A DNA stretch of 64,000 nucleotides from Mobula hypostoma (taxonomy: Eukaryota), in the NCBI RefSeq assembly GCF_963921235.1, contig NC_086097.1, positions 162,566,001 through 162,630,000 on the forward strand, written 5' to 3'. Under the pieces are notes generated by a model. That model searched no databases. It was given only the letters and a program-made list of their open reading frames with translations, and was not told the DNA's origin. The position numbers and the translations under genes were made by a program. Within the stretch, counting starts at the first letter, position 1. The number at the start of each line of letters is the position of its first letter. This document shows positions 11,770 to 24,874 of the stretch, one piece after another.

Positions 11770-14564
11770 GAGACTTTTGGATAGGTACATGGAGCTTAGA
11801 AAAATAGAAGGCTGTAGGTAAGTCTAGGAATTTCTAAGGTAGGGACATGTTCGGCACAACTTTGTGGGCCAAAGGGCCCGTATTGTGCTGTAGGTTTTCT
11901 GTTTCTTTGTTTCTATGTTTCTATGAATTACAAGGACAGAACAGCATTGCTTCGCCAATTTTCTCCACAGAGGAAGAAAACTTATGGAATTTGCCACATG
12001 AAACATTACTGTGACAAAATGGGGCGGTTATTTAGTTTTGTAATACAGTACTTAAAATAGTTTTAACAGTAGTTGTGCTTTTCCATAATCAATGTTATAT
12101 AAGGCACGTACATTGCAGTAATGTAGCAAAAATACACCAGTCAATTTTCATACGGCAAATTATAAGGTACTCTCCACATCCTTGCATAATATTGCTACAG
12201 TATACTTGCTAAACTTCTGTAGTTCATTCAGATGAAGAATCAGGGGACAAATGAAGCCAATGAGGTTGTATTCATATAATAAATAGACGGCAGAATTAGA
12301 TTATTAGTAAATGTTGATCTTTGCACATTGCAAACATATTTTCATGATTAATAAGCTGAATTTATTAATATATGCACTCTAATTACTCTAACAAAACACT
12401 TAAGACCTCTTGTCAATTCTTTTCCTTATGAAAGGTTACTGCCAAGTGAACACCGAATTAAAACAAGAACCATTTATTGATTTTATGCGTATCTTTTGTA
12501 TTTTGGTTAAGTGATTATATAAATCTTTTGATGGCATATAGTCATTGATAAATTCTTTGCCACTTGTCTGTAAATTTGGGCAAGCCTTGAAATTCAAAAC
12601 AATATCAAAATTAAAGTGTCAAATAAATGTTTTTATTGACAAAGCTTGAATTTTCCTAACCCCTTTAAAAATGGCTTTCAAGAGAGCAGGATGACATAGT
12701 GAAAGGTTACTAAATTCTTTATTTGTAGATTTCTACAATGGAAGGGAATGGGCTTTTTGCAAGAATTCTTTTTTGTATCAGTTCTAAGATCAATTTAAAC
12801 AGTTCTTGATAACATTATTTATGACTGTTGGCTAAAGTGGGTATTAGCAAATTGAAGTTGCATTTTATATCCCATCTGATTCTAATTGTATTGTTAAATT
12901 CATGCAGTCATAAAATGACAGGTGATCTGCTTCCTACTTTTGCATGAAAATTTTATTTCATTGTCCAATCCTAGCCACTTGGATATGCTAAGGTAAGAAC
13001 TGTCTCATGTTACTCGTTGGTCATTTGCCACAATAGTTCTTTGGCAGTCTTTATGCTTCTTTAAAGATTTCTCTCGCCTTACTGCATCAATGAGTTTTGC
13101 ACTTTCTCCCTTATGATTTTATTTGGTGTATCAAAAAAAATCAACATCTTCATTGGCAGGTGGATTTTACATTCTCACTAAACTTGAGTAATGAAGTTTC
13201 TCCTGAATTTCTTGTTGGATTTTTTAGTGATTATCTGGTATTTATGGCCTCTAATTTAGCACACTCCCACATGGAAACAAAACTGCTCATGTTTTAAGGA
13301 TAGCAAATTTTTTTGTTTATTTTTGTTGAACCAAGAAATTTGAGGTCAACTTCTGGAATATGCACAGCTTCAGAACAGAGATGTTGTTATCAGTGAACCC
13401 CTTTCATTCCAGAGCTATTCTGCAGTCTTCTGTAGAGATATCTCGAAAATGTTGAACTGATAAAATGGTAAAATACCTAGCGATGTTATGGTTTTTTGCA
13501 TAAGTTGTGAGTACTGTAATGGTTTTGATGGAGTCCCATGTCATAAAGTTATAGAGCAATACAACACAGAAGCAGGGTATTTCAGCCCAATTCGACTGTG
13601 CTAACCAAGTTGCCTAACTAAGTTCGTGCCAGTTGTCCTTATTTCTCTAAACCTTTCCTGATCAAATTAGATTTCATAACGGATATAATTGTCATCCACT
13701 GTGTGGGGTAAAGTTCCCTTCTTTCTCCTATTCCCTTTAGCTTTGGACTTCTGTACCCTGGAGAAAATGGTGGCTATTAACCTTATCTAGGTCCCTCATA
13801 ATTTTACAAACCTCTACACGGTCGCTCATCAACCTCCTATGATTCGGTGGGGGGGTTGGCAGTGAGGTCCAAGGTATTCAGTTTACCCTTCAAAACACAC
13901 ACCTTTCAGTCCCCAGTAACATCCTCGTAAGTTTTTTTTGCATCTTCTCCTAAAACTCAGTATTTTGTCAAATAACAAAAAAAGTTTGGTTATTGAAGCA
14001 ACACACGCAAAATGCTGGTGGAACTTAGCAAGCCAGGCAGCATCTATGGAAAAAAGGATTGTCGACATTTCAAGCTGAGATCCTTTATTGACATAATCCT
14101 TATTTTTCCTGCTGTAAGAGTTTAAAATAATGTTGTTCTTGGTTTGCTGTCTGAGAACAATTGGTGTGATTGGCTGCTTGCAGCTAACGATGGTTCTGGG
14201 TGACTGGGATTCTACTGAACAGAAAACTGACAATAATTGATAATGACAAGGAGGAAATCCAGCCACAGGGATAGCAGGACTTTTAGACATGGCTTTCTTC
14301 TTGGTCAGAGGGAAACATCATTTCACTGCCGATCACAAGATCTAGGCCAACTTACTTTGCTCTCTTATTCTGAACCCCTTCATAATTTTAAGGGAAGCTT
14401 TGGGGCTATTTTTTAATTGAAAATACGATGAGCCTTATCCAGCCTTCCATGAACCTCACAGATTTGATCAACCTTCTGAATGTTCTTGCCCCGTCTCCAT
14501 TCTCCAACAGACTACTTAAACATTCAGTTGTCTTAAGTCTATGAAGGATTTTAAACGTGTTCTA

Positions 14565-15210
14565 ATCAAGTCTGTCAACTGCTCTGCCCGTGACCGTAAG
14601 GAACCGCAGGTTTGTGGATGCAGCTCAGCACAACACAGGAACCAGCTTCCCTTCTATGGGCTGTGTCTATACTTGCTGCCTCAGTGAAGCAGTCAGCATA
14701 CTCAAAGAGCCCACCCACCCTGGGCATTCTCTCGTCTCCCCTCTGGCAGCAGCTTGGAAGTATATAGCAACAGGCTCAAGAACAGCTTCCATCCCACTGT
14801 TATTACACCCCTAAACCCTGTGTGATCAGGTTCAAGATTGTTTGCTGTCATTCAGTATATAAGTGTAAAGGAGAACAAAATGATTGTTACTCCAGATCTG
14901 ATAACAGCAAAAAAAAATGCAATAAGCATAAAGAATGCAATAAATAAAACAAAAAGACCACGATAAATATAAAAGCAATCTTATCAAACACAAGATGGGC
15001 TCCTGGTCTCATAATCTACCTTGTTACGATCTTGCACTTTATTGTTTACCTGCATGCACTCTTTCGATAGCTTTTACACTTTATTCTGCATTTTTACTGT
15101 TTCACCTTATTCTCTTTCAATGCAATAATGTGATATGTGTAAACAGTATGCAAGGCAACCTCTTCACTGTACCTTGGTACATGTGACAATAATTTCAAAC
15201 CAATACCAAG
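14565..15210 (+). mobile_element. Rex1/Babar-like LINE 3' fragment
   Basis: ILKEPTHPGHSL, then RLKNSF in another frame (C-terminal motifs), and a 'tgtgacaataat' 3' end. Confidence 0.65.
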
Positions 15211-16851
15211 TGAAGGTACATTTAACAAAACTCCCTGCATTTGAATTGTGTTCGTCAAGAATTTCTTTTGTTTCAAAAGTAACATTCAGCCCCACTATAT
15301 TTTAATGAGTTGTGATCCTAGCCCCCAATTAACCGAACTTCCGTAATTTAGCTAGTGAAGCCTTTAAAAGATATTGAAGCGATGAGGATGCGAGACAACT
15401 TCTTTTGGTCAAAATGTGAGGGAATGTATTTATGCGAAGAAATTTTGTTGGGTCACATTCCTGCTGATTTTGCAGAAAAATACTGGTATTGATTTAAAAT
15501 TGCAAATCAAGGAACTTAGGAAGATCTATGTGGGTCAGTGTTGCAGATACAAGCCAAATGTTAGTTTAGACGGCAGATGTGTTTTTAAATCAAACTGGAG
15601 CATCTGGTATGTGACCATGTTTGTTGTTATGGTTGAAATCAGAGTTGGCTTCTCATATTTCCCTCGTTCATGTCGACTCCCCTGGTGGGTTCAGCATGCG
15701 TGGCTAATTGAAAGCATCTGGCTATGCCCCTTTGATCACCCTAGGTTGCTGGTTTGGCCAATTCCTCCACCTATTATGAAGAAGGCTGGATCATTTAGCT
15801 TCAATTAAAGGAACTGTTCACTGAAAAAATATTTAATAATTGTTCAGCAATCTGCAAGGATAGTGGCAAGCATCTCCAGGAATTGACAGCTTTCTGCAGG
15901 TGACCAAATAACTCAGAGCTATAATGTGAGAGAGGAAATTGCAAACAAGTTTGTAATATGCCATTTTTGTATATTAATGTTTATAATTTAGTTTTCTTTG
16001 ATTTTTAAAATCCTGTAATGTGCAATTTCTGAATATTTGGTGTGTAATTACAGATTTTCTTTTAATTGGTACTTGATTTTTGGAAATATTGGGATCCAAG
16101 CGCTCACACGTGTATATCCCTAGTCTGGATTGGAATTGTTTCTGGTCTTCCAGGCATTAAGAGCAAGGGGCAACACATCAGTGCAACATGATTTTTGACA
16201 CAGCAACCTCCATGTTAATTTGTCTGATCTATGGTGAGATTTCATTCTGTCAAAGCTTAAAACTTAGCCATCTGTATTTGCTTAATTCTGACACTGGTTC
16301 TCTAAAGTAGGAAATCATATTTGATAGGGGTAATGCATTTTCATCAGGAGTGCAATAGTTTTGCTTAAATTAGTTTACAAGATATTTTAATTTATGTGTA
16401 AGTCTATCTGTTTAAGAGCATTGATTGCACACCTGAAGTCTTGCAACAGAGAAAGGAATTCTTTATATTTCCTCTTGTTTTGCTTATCTGAACTAACACC
16501 ATGACCTTTTTTGAGATAATAATAGACCAATGGAGTTGCAATTGAGCGAAACTCCCTCTTGGTAATAATTAACCCCAGGACCAATTTAACTCCTTGATAA
16601 CTGAGCATTAATTTCTGCCATCAATTCCTTGCTCCACCCACACCCCATTCCATCTGGTAATTAAACATAATAACTATGCTCCCTACCCTTGGCTCCTTGT
16701 GGCTAAATAGCAACACACATACTTTTTCACACATGATTGCCTATACTGATGCATTCTCACATACGTGGCAATACAAAAGCACAAAGACGTAGACTTGCGG
16801 AGAAAAAAATATGTGGGAGAATCATTTGACTCGGATAAATCTATCTGTTGC

Positions 16852-17142
16852 ATGGGTGGCTAGTTGCACAGCACACAGTTTATAGCAGGCTTAATCCTAA
16901 CCTCTGGTGCTGACCATGTGGAGTTTGTCCTGTAATTGCACGGGCAGGCTGCCTCGAACTGCTTCATTTCCCACAGCCCAAACGTGTGTTGGTAGGTTAG
17001 ATGGCTTGCTGTGTAAAGTGAGTAAAGTCCGAATTGATGTAAAATGGAGTGAATAAAATAGTATTAATGTAAAATGTGTTCGTAGGTCAAAGTAAGACAG
17101 GTAAACTGAAGGGCCTATTTCTGTTCTGTGTGCACCTGAAAC
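16852..17142 (+). mobile_element. Degenerate V-SINE (HE1-like) with CR1-type tail
   Basis: 'gtggagtttgt...ttcccaca...ggtaggttag' V-domain remnant and a 'gaagggcctatttctgttctgt' tail. Confidence 0.55.
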
Positions 17143-17959
17143 TACAGATTCGGGTGCACATACCACATCCCTGCTTTTCGTGTTAACTTTCTATAGCATG
17201 ATGTTGTTTGAATATTTATCATTAATCATACCATTTTAATCCTCTTAATGCTAGTTAACACTGTGCTTCTTCCCCCTTCAATAATTCTAAGCCAACCACT
17301 AAAACTGTTGCATTGGCTTAAATTTATTATTTACCCTTTAACAGTGCAGCTGAAGTAAGTTAGAAATAGCCGTAGCCAAGTCTAGGCATAATCATGACTC
17401 TTTGTTCTTTTCAAGTCTGAGGCCATAAAAAAATTTCAAAAAGCTCATTTACTTAAAACAGTAGCTTTGGGTACCAGATTTTGTTAAAACCATTTTCAAA
17501 TGTACACTGTTTACAAGGAGTTAGCTTTTTATAGGCTAGTGTTTGTCAGCTGTGCAACTATCTTCCAAATATTTAGAACAAAAGTCTGCATGTTTTGCTA
17601 ATTGGAAACCATCATCTGAAGGCAGTGAAGGAAGTATCATTGTTGGACTTGTGCTGGAACTATGGAACATTGTCAGCCATGTAGAATCTGTATGGTCAAG
17701 TAGTTTCCATTTTGGTATATTGTTGGAAGAAATTTGTAAAGAGCAAAATTTGATTTGTTTTTACGATTTAGCCACATCTTAGTAAGATTATGTTCCGTAA
17801 TGCTTGACTTGTGTTTTTATTGTGAAGAATATTTTCATTTTAGGTTCAAGATTTGTTTCTGAAATGTTTAAATATATTATACAATAATAATTGGAATCTG
17901 ATAATGTAGGAGTTAAAAATGGTGTTCCACTCTTCAGTCAAGATCAACCTGGAGCAATC

Positions 17960-18300
17960 TGAATCAGATTTATTATCACTGACTTTGATGATGTAACATT
18001 TCTTGCAAAGATATAAACATACTATAAATTACAAAACAAAATTGCAAGGAAAGGAATAACGAGGCAGTGTTCACGGACTGTTCAGGTTTATGGTGGGTGG
18101 AGACTATTGCTGAATCGTTGAGTGTGAGTCTTCTGGCCCTCATGATGGCATTGAGAAGAAGGCATGTTCTGGATGCTTCGCGACGGATGCCATCTTCTTG
18201 AGGCGCCACCTCTTGAAGTTGTCCTCTGGTGGGGAGGGTTGTGCCCGTGATGGAGCTGGCAGAGTCTACAACCTTTTTCAGCCTCTTGCAAACCTGTGCA
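17960..18300 (-). mobile_element. Rex1/Babar-like LINE 3' fragment
   Basis: Reverse of the same C-terminal region (QRFSNSLHP remnant). The 3' end reads 'aatcagatttattatca' on the + strand. Confidence 0.6.
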
Positions 18301-19239
18301 TTGAAAATTTAGTTTGCTTTGTTATGGATGCTTCAAGTAAGCCTATGTAGGTACTGTACATTGTGGCATAGCTTACACTGAGCCACAAATGCAACAAAAC
18401 TTAATGCTACCGTCGCTGTAGGTCTGGCTTCTGCAGATTTATTAACTGGAGCATTGCTATGGCCTCAAACATCAAAAAAAATAATTGTGGACTTTTATTA
18501 ATCATCTGCAGTAAAGACATCAAAAATTCAGATATTTTTATAGGCTATTCACTGGGGAAAAGGGGCACAAAACAGCCTTGAAATATGTGTCCCACTGGGT
18601 CAAGAAAAAATAAAGAACCTGTCATCTACCTTTTGTGAAAAATGGGAGCCTGTTAAGTAGAATGATGTCATGTCTCAATCAGCCAAGCAAAATTGTAATG
18701 GTCCTTCCTTATTTCCCAGAGGATCCTCAGCAGCATTTGCAGAGAGCTCATTTCCATTCCAACAGATATAACCCTCTGGCATTTCCCCCAGGTCCTGTTT
18801 TCTTTCACTTGAAGTGACTTGATCCCTACCACAATGCACATGTCTGTTGGAGGCCACAGTTTCTTTTGAACATTTTTTAAATATTAAAAGCCCTTATCCA
18901 CAACCTAGAATGTCTGCACTTAAATGGCAAGCATTTCCATGTCATAAAACATCAAACGTATCCTGGACTTTCTTTGTTTAGGTCAGGATTGAAATGATTA
19001 ATGGGAACTCCCTCAAATATGAAGTATTGCATGATTCTGAGCCAAACTGGAAAAGCAAGTCCCAAGTTTGATTGGCCTTTGATTTTTGTTGTATAAAGTC
19101 TAGGCCTAACAAAGGGGAAAAAAATGGATGTGGGTCCTATAATTTTTTTCATTCACATAGTATAGGTGGTTGGGGCCAGTGAATTTAGCTAAACCTTAAG
19201 TCAGAGTCAACACATTATCATACAAATGAATCTTAAGGA

Positions 19240-19515
19240 TTCAATTCCATGAAGCGCAAAAGGTTGCTATGCGGATACAGCAAGTAATTAGGAAGACTAA
19301 TGGAATGTTGGCCTTTATTGCAAGGATATAAAAGTATGAAAATATTGATACAGATTCACAGGGTGCTGGTGAGACTGCATCTGGAATCCTGCATGGAGCC
19401 TTTGACTCAGAAGAGAGAGATGTTCAGTTGAATATTCTTAGGATGAAGGACTTGATGTCTGAAGAGGGTTAAACAGGTTGGGATTTACTCATTGGAGTTT
19501 AGAAGAATGAAACTT
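19240..19515 (+). mobile_element. Old CR1 RT fragment
   Basis: 'aggaagactaatggaatgttggcctttattgcaagg...tggtgagactgcatctgga...ttggagtttagaagaatga' is homologous to the other CR1 copies. Confidence 0.6.
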
Positions 19516-19594
19516 GCAGGTTGTCCCTGGATAATGAACAGGTTCCATTTTTACAGATCTCTGTAAGTCAATTTTGTCTCTAGGTCAGAAACTG

Positions 19595-20765
19595 CAGCTC
19601 GGTCCATCATAGAGATGGCCATTGACAGCATCTATGGGAAGTGCCGCATCAAGGAGGTGACATTTATCATTAAGGATCCTTACCAGCTGGGTCATGCCCT
19701 CTTGCTGCTAAAGTTGGGTTGGCAGTACAGTTGTCTGAAGTCCTACACCACCAAGTGCAGGACAGCTACTTTTCTACAACCACCAGATTATTGAACTGAT
19801 GTACACAATCCTAATCCGAGCTCAGAACGGTACTATCTGGACCACCCCTTGCACTAATCTGGACTTGCTGTAGATTTATTTATTTATTTTTGCACTGATG
19901 GCTTGATTTTACACTGTCATTTTCTTTGCTTTATCTAACTGTTGTGTAAATGGTGTACTTCATTTAGAATTTATTGTATGTGTAGCTCCCCCGGCCACCC
20001 TCAGGGTCGCTCGGCTCGCTGTCGTCTAGGGAAACAGCCCTCAGCCCCACCAAACTGGGTAATTAGTTTGTGTGGATGCTGTGTGACGTACCCCACCCCG
20101 CCCAAATAACAGACAATACACTAGATACGATTAAATGATTTACAGTTTATAGATATTACTGGAACTATATAATTAATAGAGAATAAAATATAAAGGGAAA
20201 ATAAAAGGCGCCACACTTATCAAAGTTCAAACTCTTCGTGCTCAAAAAAGTTGGAGCTCAAGACCCTTCTTCTTCTTCCTTTGACCCCTCGGACCACCTC
20301 GACGAGCCGCCTGGGACCAACAATGGTGGTCGACCAGACGCTTTACACGAGTCCGAGTCCGTCTCCATCTCCTCTCCTCACCGAACGCCCTCCTCGGGGT
20401 CCGACCCCGTTAGCGGACATCACAGCACCTGGTTCATCCTCTGTCCTTTCTCCCGCCTTCTGCCCAAAACCCCGCGCATACAGTATCTTCAAATACACCA
20501 AAAACATAACGACTATCCCAATTGGTTCATTCGTCCTCATATCAATAGATAATACAAAACAAACTGCTAGTGGGAAGGACTTTCTCAGCATTTAACATAA
20601 CAAAGAAGCATTCCTAAGTATAACATAACAGAGAAGCCATTTTAATTAGCCTCCGCAGTAACATAAAAGACGAAACCCCCTTACATATGTATCTACATGC
20701 CTGTGATGCTGTTGCAAGCAAGATTTTCACTGTACCTGTACTTGTGCAGGCAACAATAAACTTGC
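19595..20765 (+). mobile_element. Rex1/Babar-like LINE 3' fragment, split by a solo LTR
   Basis: IIKDPYQLGHALL remnant at about 19665. The 3' UTR resumes after 20689 and ends 'caataaac'. Confidence 0.6.
19981..20685. mobile_element. Solo LTR, 705 bp, 4-bp TSD
   Basis: TGTAG...TTACA termini flanked by TATG at 19977-19980 and 20686-20689. No PBS or coding sequence is adjacent. Confidence 0.85.
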
Positions 20766-20949
20766 ATAGTCTTGATATCAGACGTTTGAATTTAGTACTA
20801 TGGGAACCCATTCATATGCAGTGGCTGTCCATACGTCAGACGTACTTAACCCGGTGGATGGCCTCTGACATTTTGAGGGGGATGGATACTGTGTAGGTGT
20901 GGTGTGTGTGTATATATGTTATAAATAATCACAGTACATAATTAGCCAG

Positions 20950-22750
20950 TTCAAAGTAAATTTATTATCAAAGTACACATATGTTACTATATATGACGGG
21001 TGATTGATAAGTTTGTGCCTAAGGTATAAGGAGTCAATTTTAGAAAACCTAGCTCATTTATTTTTCCTACATGTACACACTTAGTCCAGTGGTCGTGGAG
21101 TATACAGATCCCTTCTTTGTAGAAGTCGATGTCTTGGACCTCACGAAGTGGTCCACTGCATGGGGTGATTGATAAGTTCATGGCCGAAGGTAGAAGGAGA
21201 TGAGTTATTAACTTCAAGCTTTCTGCATAATCACTCAGAGTTGAACTGCACGTGCATGTAATGAGAGCTGTATAACTCATCTCCTTCTACCTTAGGCCAC
21301 AAACTTATCAATCATCCCTGCTGTGGACCACCTGGAGGTCCAAGACGCTCTCGTTACATGCACGTGCAGATCAACTCTTTGAGTGATAATGCAGAAAGTT
21401 TGAAGTTAATAACTCATCTCCTTCTACCTTAGGCCACGAACGTATCAATCACCCCTACTGTGGACCACTTCTACAAAGAAGGGATCCATATGCTTCACAA
21501 CCGCTGGACTAAGTGTGTACATGTAGGAGGGGTCTATGTTGAAAAATAAATATGCCAGGTTTTCTAAAATTGACTCCTTCTACTTGAGGCCACAAACTTA
21601 TCAATCACCCCTCGTACTACACTGAGCTTCATTTTCTTGTGGGCATACTCAATAAATCCATAATAGAATACTATCCATAATGGAATCAATGAAAGGCTGC
21701 ACCAACTTGGGCATTCAACCATTGTGCATAAGACAACAAACTGTGCAAATACAAATAGAAAGGAATAATAATATTAATAAATAAGCAATACATATCGAGA
21801 ACATGAGATGAAGAGTCCTTGAAAGGGAGTCCATTGGTTGAGGGAACACTTCAGTGATGGGGCAAGTAAAGTTGAGTGAACTTATCCCCTTTGATTTAAG
21901 AGCCTGATGGTTGAGGGGTAATAACTGTTCCTGAACCTGCTGGTGTGAGTCCTGAGGTTCCTGTACACTATTCCTGATGGCACAATGAGAAAAGAGCATG
22001 ACCTGGGAGATGGGGTCCTTGATGATGGTTGCTGTTTTCCTGCGACACAGTTCGTGTAGATATGTTCAATGGTGGGGAGGGCTTTACCTGTGATGGACTA
22101 GGCTGTATCCAATACTTTTTGTAGGATTTTCCATTCCAGGACGTTGGTGTTTCCATAGCAGGCTGGGATGAAGCCAGACAATACACCCTCCACCACACAT
22201 GTATAGAAATTTTTCAAAGTTTTAGCTATTAGGCGGAATCTTTGCAAACTCCTAGGGAAGTAGAGGTGCTCCCGTGCTTTCTTCATAATTGCACTTGCGT
22301 GCCAGGCCCAGGACTGCTGCTCTGAAATGATAACACTGAGGAATTTAAAGCTGCTGGCTCATGGACCTCTTGTTTCCTCTTCCAGAATCAGTAATTGGCA
22401 CCTTGGTCTCGCTGACAATTGTGCAAGAGGTTGTTGCTGTGGCACCACTCAGCTGGATTTTGAATCTTCTTCCTATATGCTGATTCGCCACCACCTTTGA
22501 TTCAGCCTACAACAGTGGTGTCATCAGCAAACGAATATAACATTGGAGCTGTGCTTAGCCGTACAGTCTTGTGTAAAGTTTGTAGAGCAGGGGGCTGAGC
22601 ACACAGCCTTGTGGTGCACCTGTGCTGATGGAGATTGTGGAGGAGATGCTGTTGCCAATCCAAACTGACTGAGGTTTGCAAGTGAGGAAATTGAGGATCC
22701 AATTGCATAAGGAGGTACTGAGGCCAAGACCTTGAAGCTTATTGATTTAA
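20950..22750 (-). mobile_element. Rex1/Babar-like LINE RT pseudogene, interrupted by a mariner MITE
   Basis: Minus-strand [12 protein letters not shown] and FADDTTVVG RT motifs, KKAREHLYF...LKNFYTCVVEGVL, and a 3' 'ataataaatttactttgaac'. Confidence 0.8.
20994..21614. mobile_element. Mariner-derived fold-back MITE (irritans-like), TA TSD
   Basis: TIR CGAGGGGTGATTGATAAGTTTGTGGCC, with TA at 20992-93 and 21615-16. Transposase C-terminus DHFYKEGIHMLHNRWTKCVHVGGVYVEK* at 21463-21549, with an inverted copy at about 21058-21128. Confidence 0.88.
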
Positions 22751-23168
22751 GATGGTGATGAATAGGAATTCCATCTGGGAATTGTAACTGTTTGGAATTC
22801 TCCATCTCAGAGATTTGTGGAGATGCAGTTATTGGATACATTGAAGGTAAAGAGCTATCAGAACTAGTTATTGTACAAAGATTCTTTCCCATACCATATG
22901 GGAACGTCTTCCTTTTGCACCATCCAGTCGGTCACTTTCATCAAATTTAAGTGGCCACTTACATAGTGAGAGATTTAGCTCCTGTCTCTGGTTGGTGGTT
23001 CATTAACTTGCCAACCACTGTATCCTGTTATGTTCCCATCCTCCGACTGACACTTTTTTAAAAAAAATACTTCATGGGTACGTAATTTCACTTGTGATGA
23101 CCCAACCAGATGAAGTTGTCTGGTTGTAGTGCTTGGGTGAGATACTGAAGAGTTACCCTTACCTGTGG

Positions 23169-23756
23169 CAGACATCCCACCCTGAAAAAAATCATTTCAG
23201 GGAGGTAGCACCATCAATTTGCGGGAGACTTCCGGGAGAGGTGGGATGTCTGCAATAGAGTAGCTCCTTAGCAGCTGGCTAGCTAGTTTAAATAATGTTA
23301 GCTATGCTAATGAACGAATGACAGCTGTTAAACTCACCTCAACATGTCTTTTACAGTCTTACCCCACCATGGGCAATAGAAAAGTCACTGTTGTAAACAG
23401 TGCAGCGAGCAACACTGTCATTATTTTGACCCCTATTAGGCAGGGGTACACTTTAGTGTAGTCTGGGGTGACGTACGTTTTATTTTTTTGGAACACTCTG
23501 CCATGGCGCGTGCGCGCTCTCTCTCTCGTGGTCGCTCACGTGCTCTCAAGCGCTCTTGCGCGCTCTCACTTGCTTTCTCGCTCGCTCGCTTGCCTTCGCT
23601 CTCGCTCTCTCTCTCACTTGCGCTCTCTCTTGCTTTTCTCTCGCTCGCTCTCAAAACAATTGATTTCCGTGATATTGTATATAATTTGCAGGCATCAGGG
23701 AGCCACTATTAATATGCAGGAGACTCCTGGAAGTTCCGGGAGAGGTGGGATGTCTG
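23169..23756. mobile_element. Non-autonomous DNA transposon with 13-bp TIR (hAT-like?)
   Basis: CAGACATCCCACC...GGTGGGATGTCTG, flanked by CTGTGG and CTATGG. An extra internal right-TIR copy ends at 23252, and a CT/CG-rich microsatellite lies at 23507-23652. Confidence 0.7.
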
Positions 23757-24874
23757 CTATGGGTATGGACTCTGGAATTGTCAATATCTCAGGAAGAGAG
23801 GGGAAGTCACTTGGTGTTATAGGCCATCACTCATGAAGAATTAATAATTTCAAGATGTAAAGTTCAAAAAAGCAACAGATAGCTGGTTTCCCAGTAATGT
23901 TAGCACAGGACATGTACTTGCACAAAGTTTTAAAAAAAAATCAAAGTGTTTTGCCACCAGTGTCACTTTTGTAGTAACTTTTGCACAACAGCATTCCAAA
24001 AATAGCAAGTTACTTATGACTCAGATAATTTGTTTCAGTGATATTGATTTTGCCATAAGTTATATCTTTGGGAGTGTTTAAAAGTATTGATTTTCATGCT
24101 TAGAATTTAAAGCTGCCTGTTTGAAATCTTTCAATGATTGAATTTTTGAATTTAAATAAAGAACTGTAGGTTATCGTAAATGCCAATGATTGTATGGTTG
24201 AATTTCAATTAATACGTAGCTAATCTCCCAGAACTGCTTTGTTTTGGGTCAGGGTTTCAAAAGACTACATACCTGCTCACTTTATCAGCCATTCAGCATC
24301 TGTAAATAGAGCCTGTAACAAACACTTGCAGGAAAGCAACTGATCAGTCATTCCTGTGTCCCCGACCAAGATTTGACTATGAAAGAGTTGCATTTAGTTA
24401 TGTATTGCATTTTTTAAAAACCAAGGTAATTAAACATCATGCAGTGCTGGGAATGCCAGATATTTTGTACAATGGAATAAAAGGAAGTACTTAGTGCTGT
24501 GGAATTCCACGCTGGTATCTGGATTGTGGAATGTGTTTATCTTGAGAGAAAGGAAGCTTTCCAGAAAAACTGTGTGTTAAAAGGTTAAGCTTGGGATCAC
24601 GAGATTTCATCCCTTGACATCTATAGTTGGTGTAATTTAAAATTTGCTACTGGGGAAATAATTTTTTACTGATTTCTAATTTTTGTGCAAAACAATGTTG
24701 GTTGTATTTATTATAATAAAACCCATTATATACTATATTGTATGCAGTTATTAACTCTGTATAACCAATAAAAATCATGTGATAGACCAGCTGAGCAACA
24801 CACCATCTGATTTAAAAGCTCTTCAATCGCCTGAGTTGAGCGTAAATCCAACTCATTACTACTATCCTGTAGAA

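Larger units (their letters stand above)
8355..11925 (+). mobile_element. Long 5'-truncated CR1 LINE (ORF1 end, ORF2, 3' UTR and tail)
   Basis: Esterase ORF1, then APE endonuclease, then RT, in order. Ends in a 'gtttctatgtttctatg' tail. Confidence 0.95.

Noticed and set aside
23436..23836. Low-complexity ORFs rich in R/S/L/E
   Set aside because: Translations of a CT/CG microsatellite inside a non-autonomous transposon.
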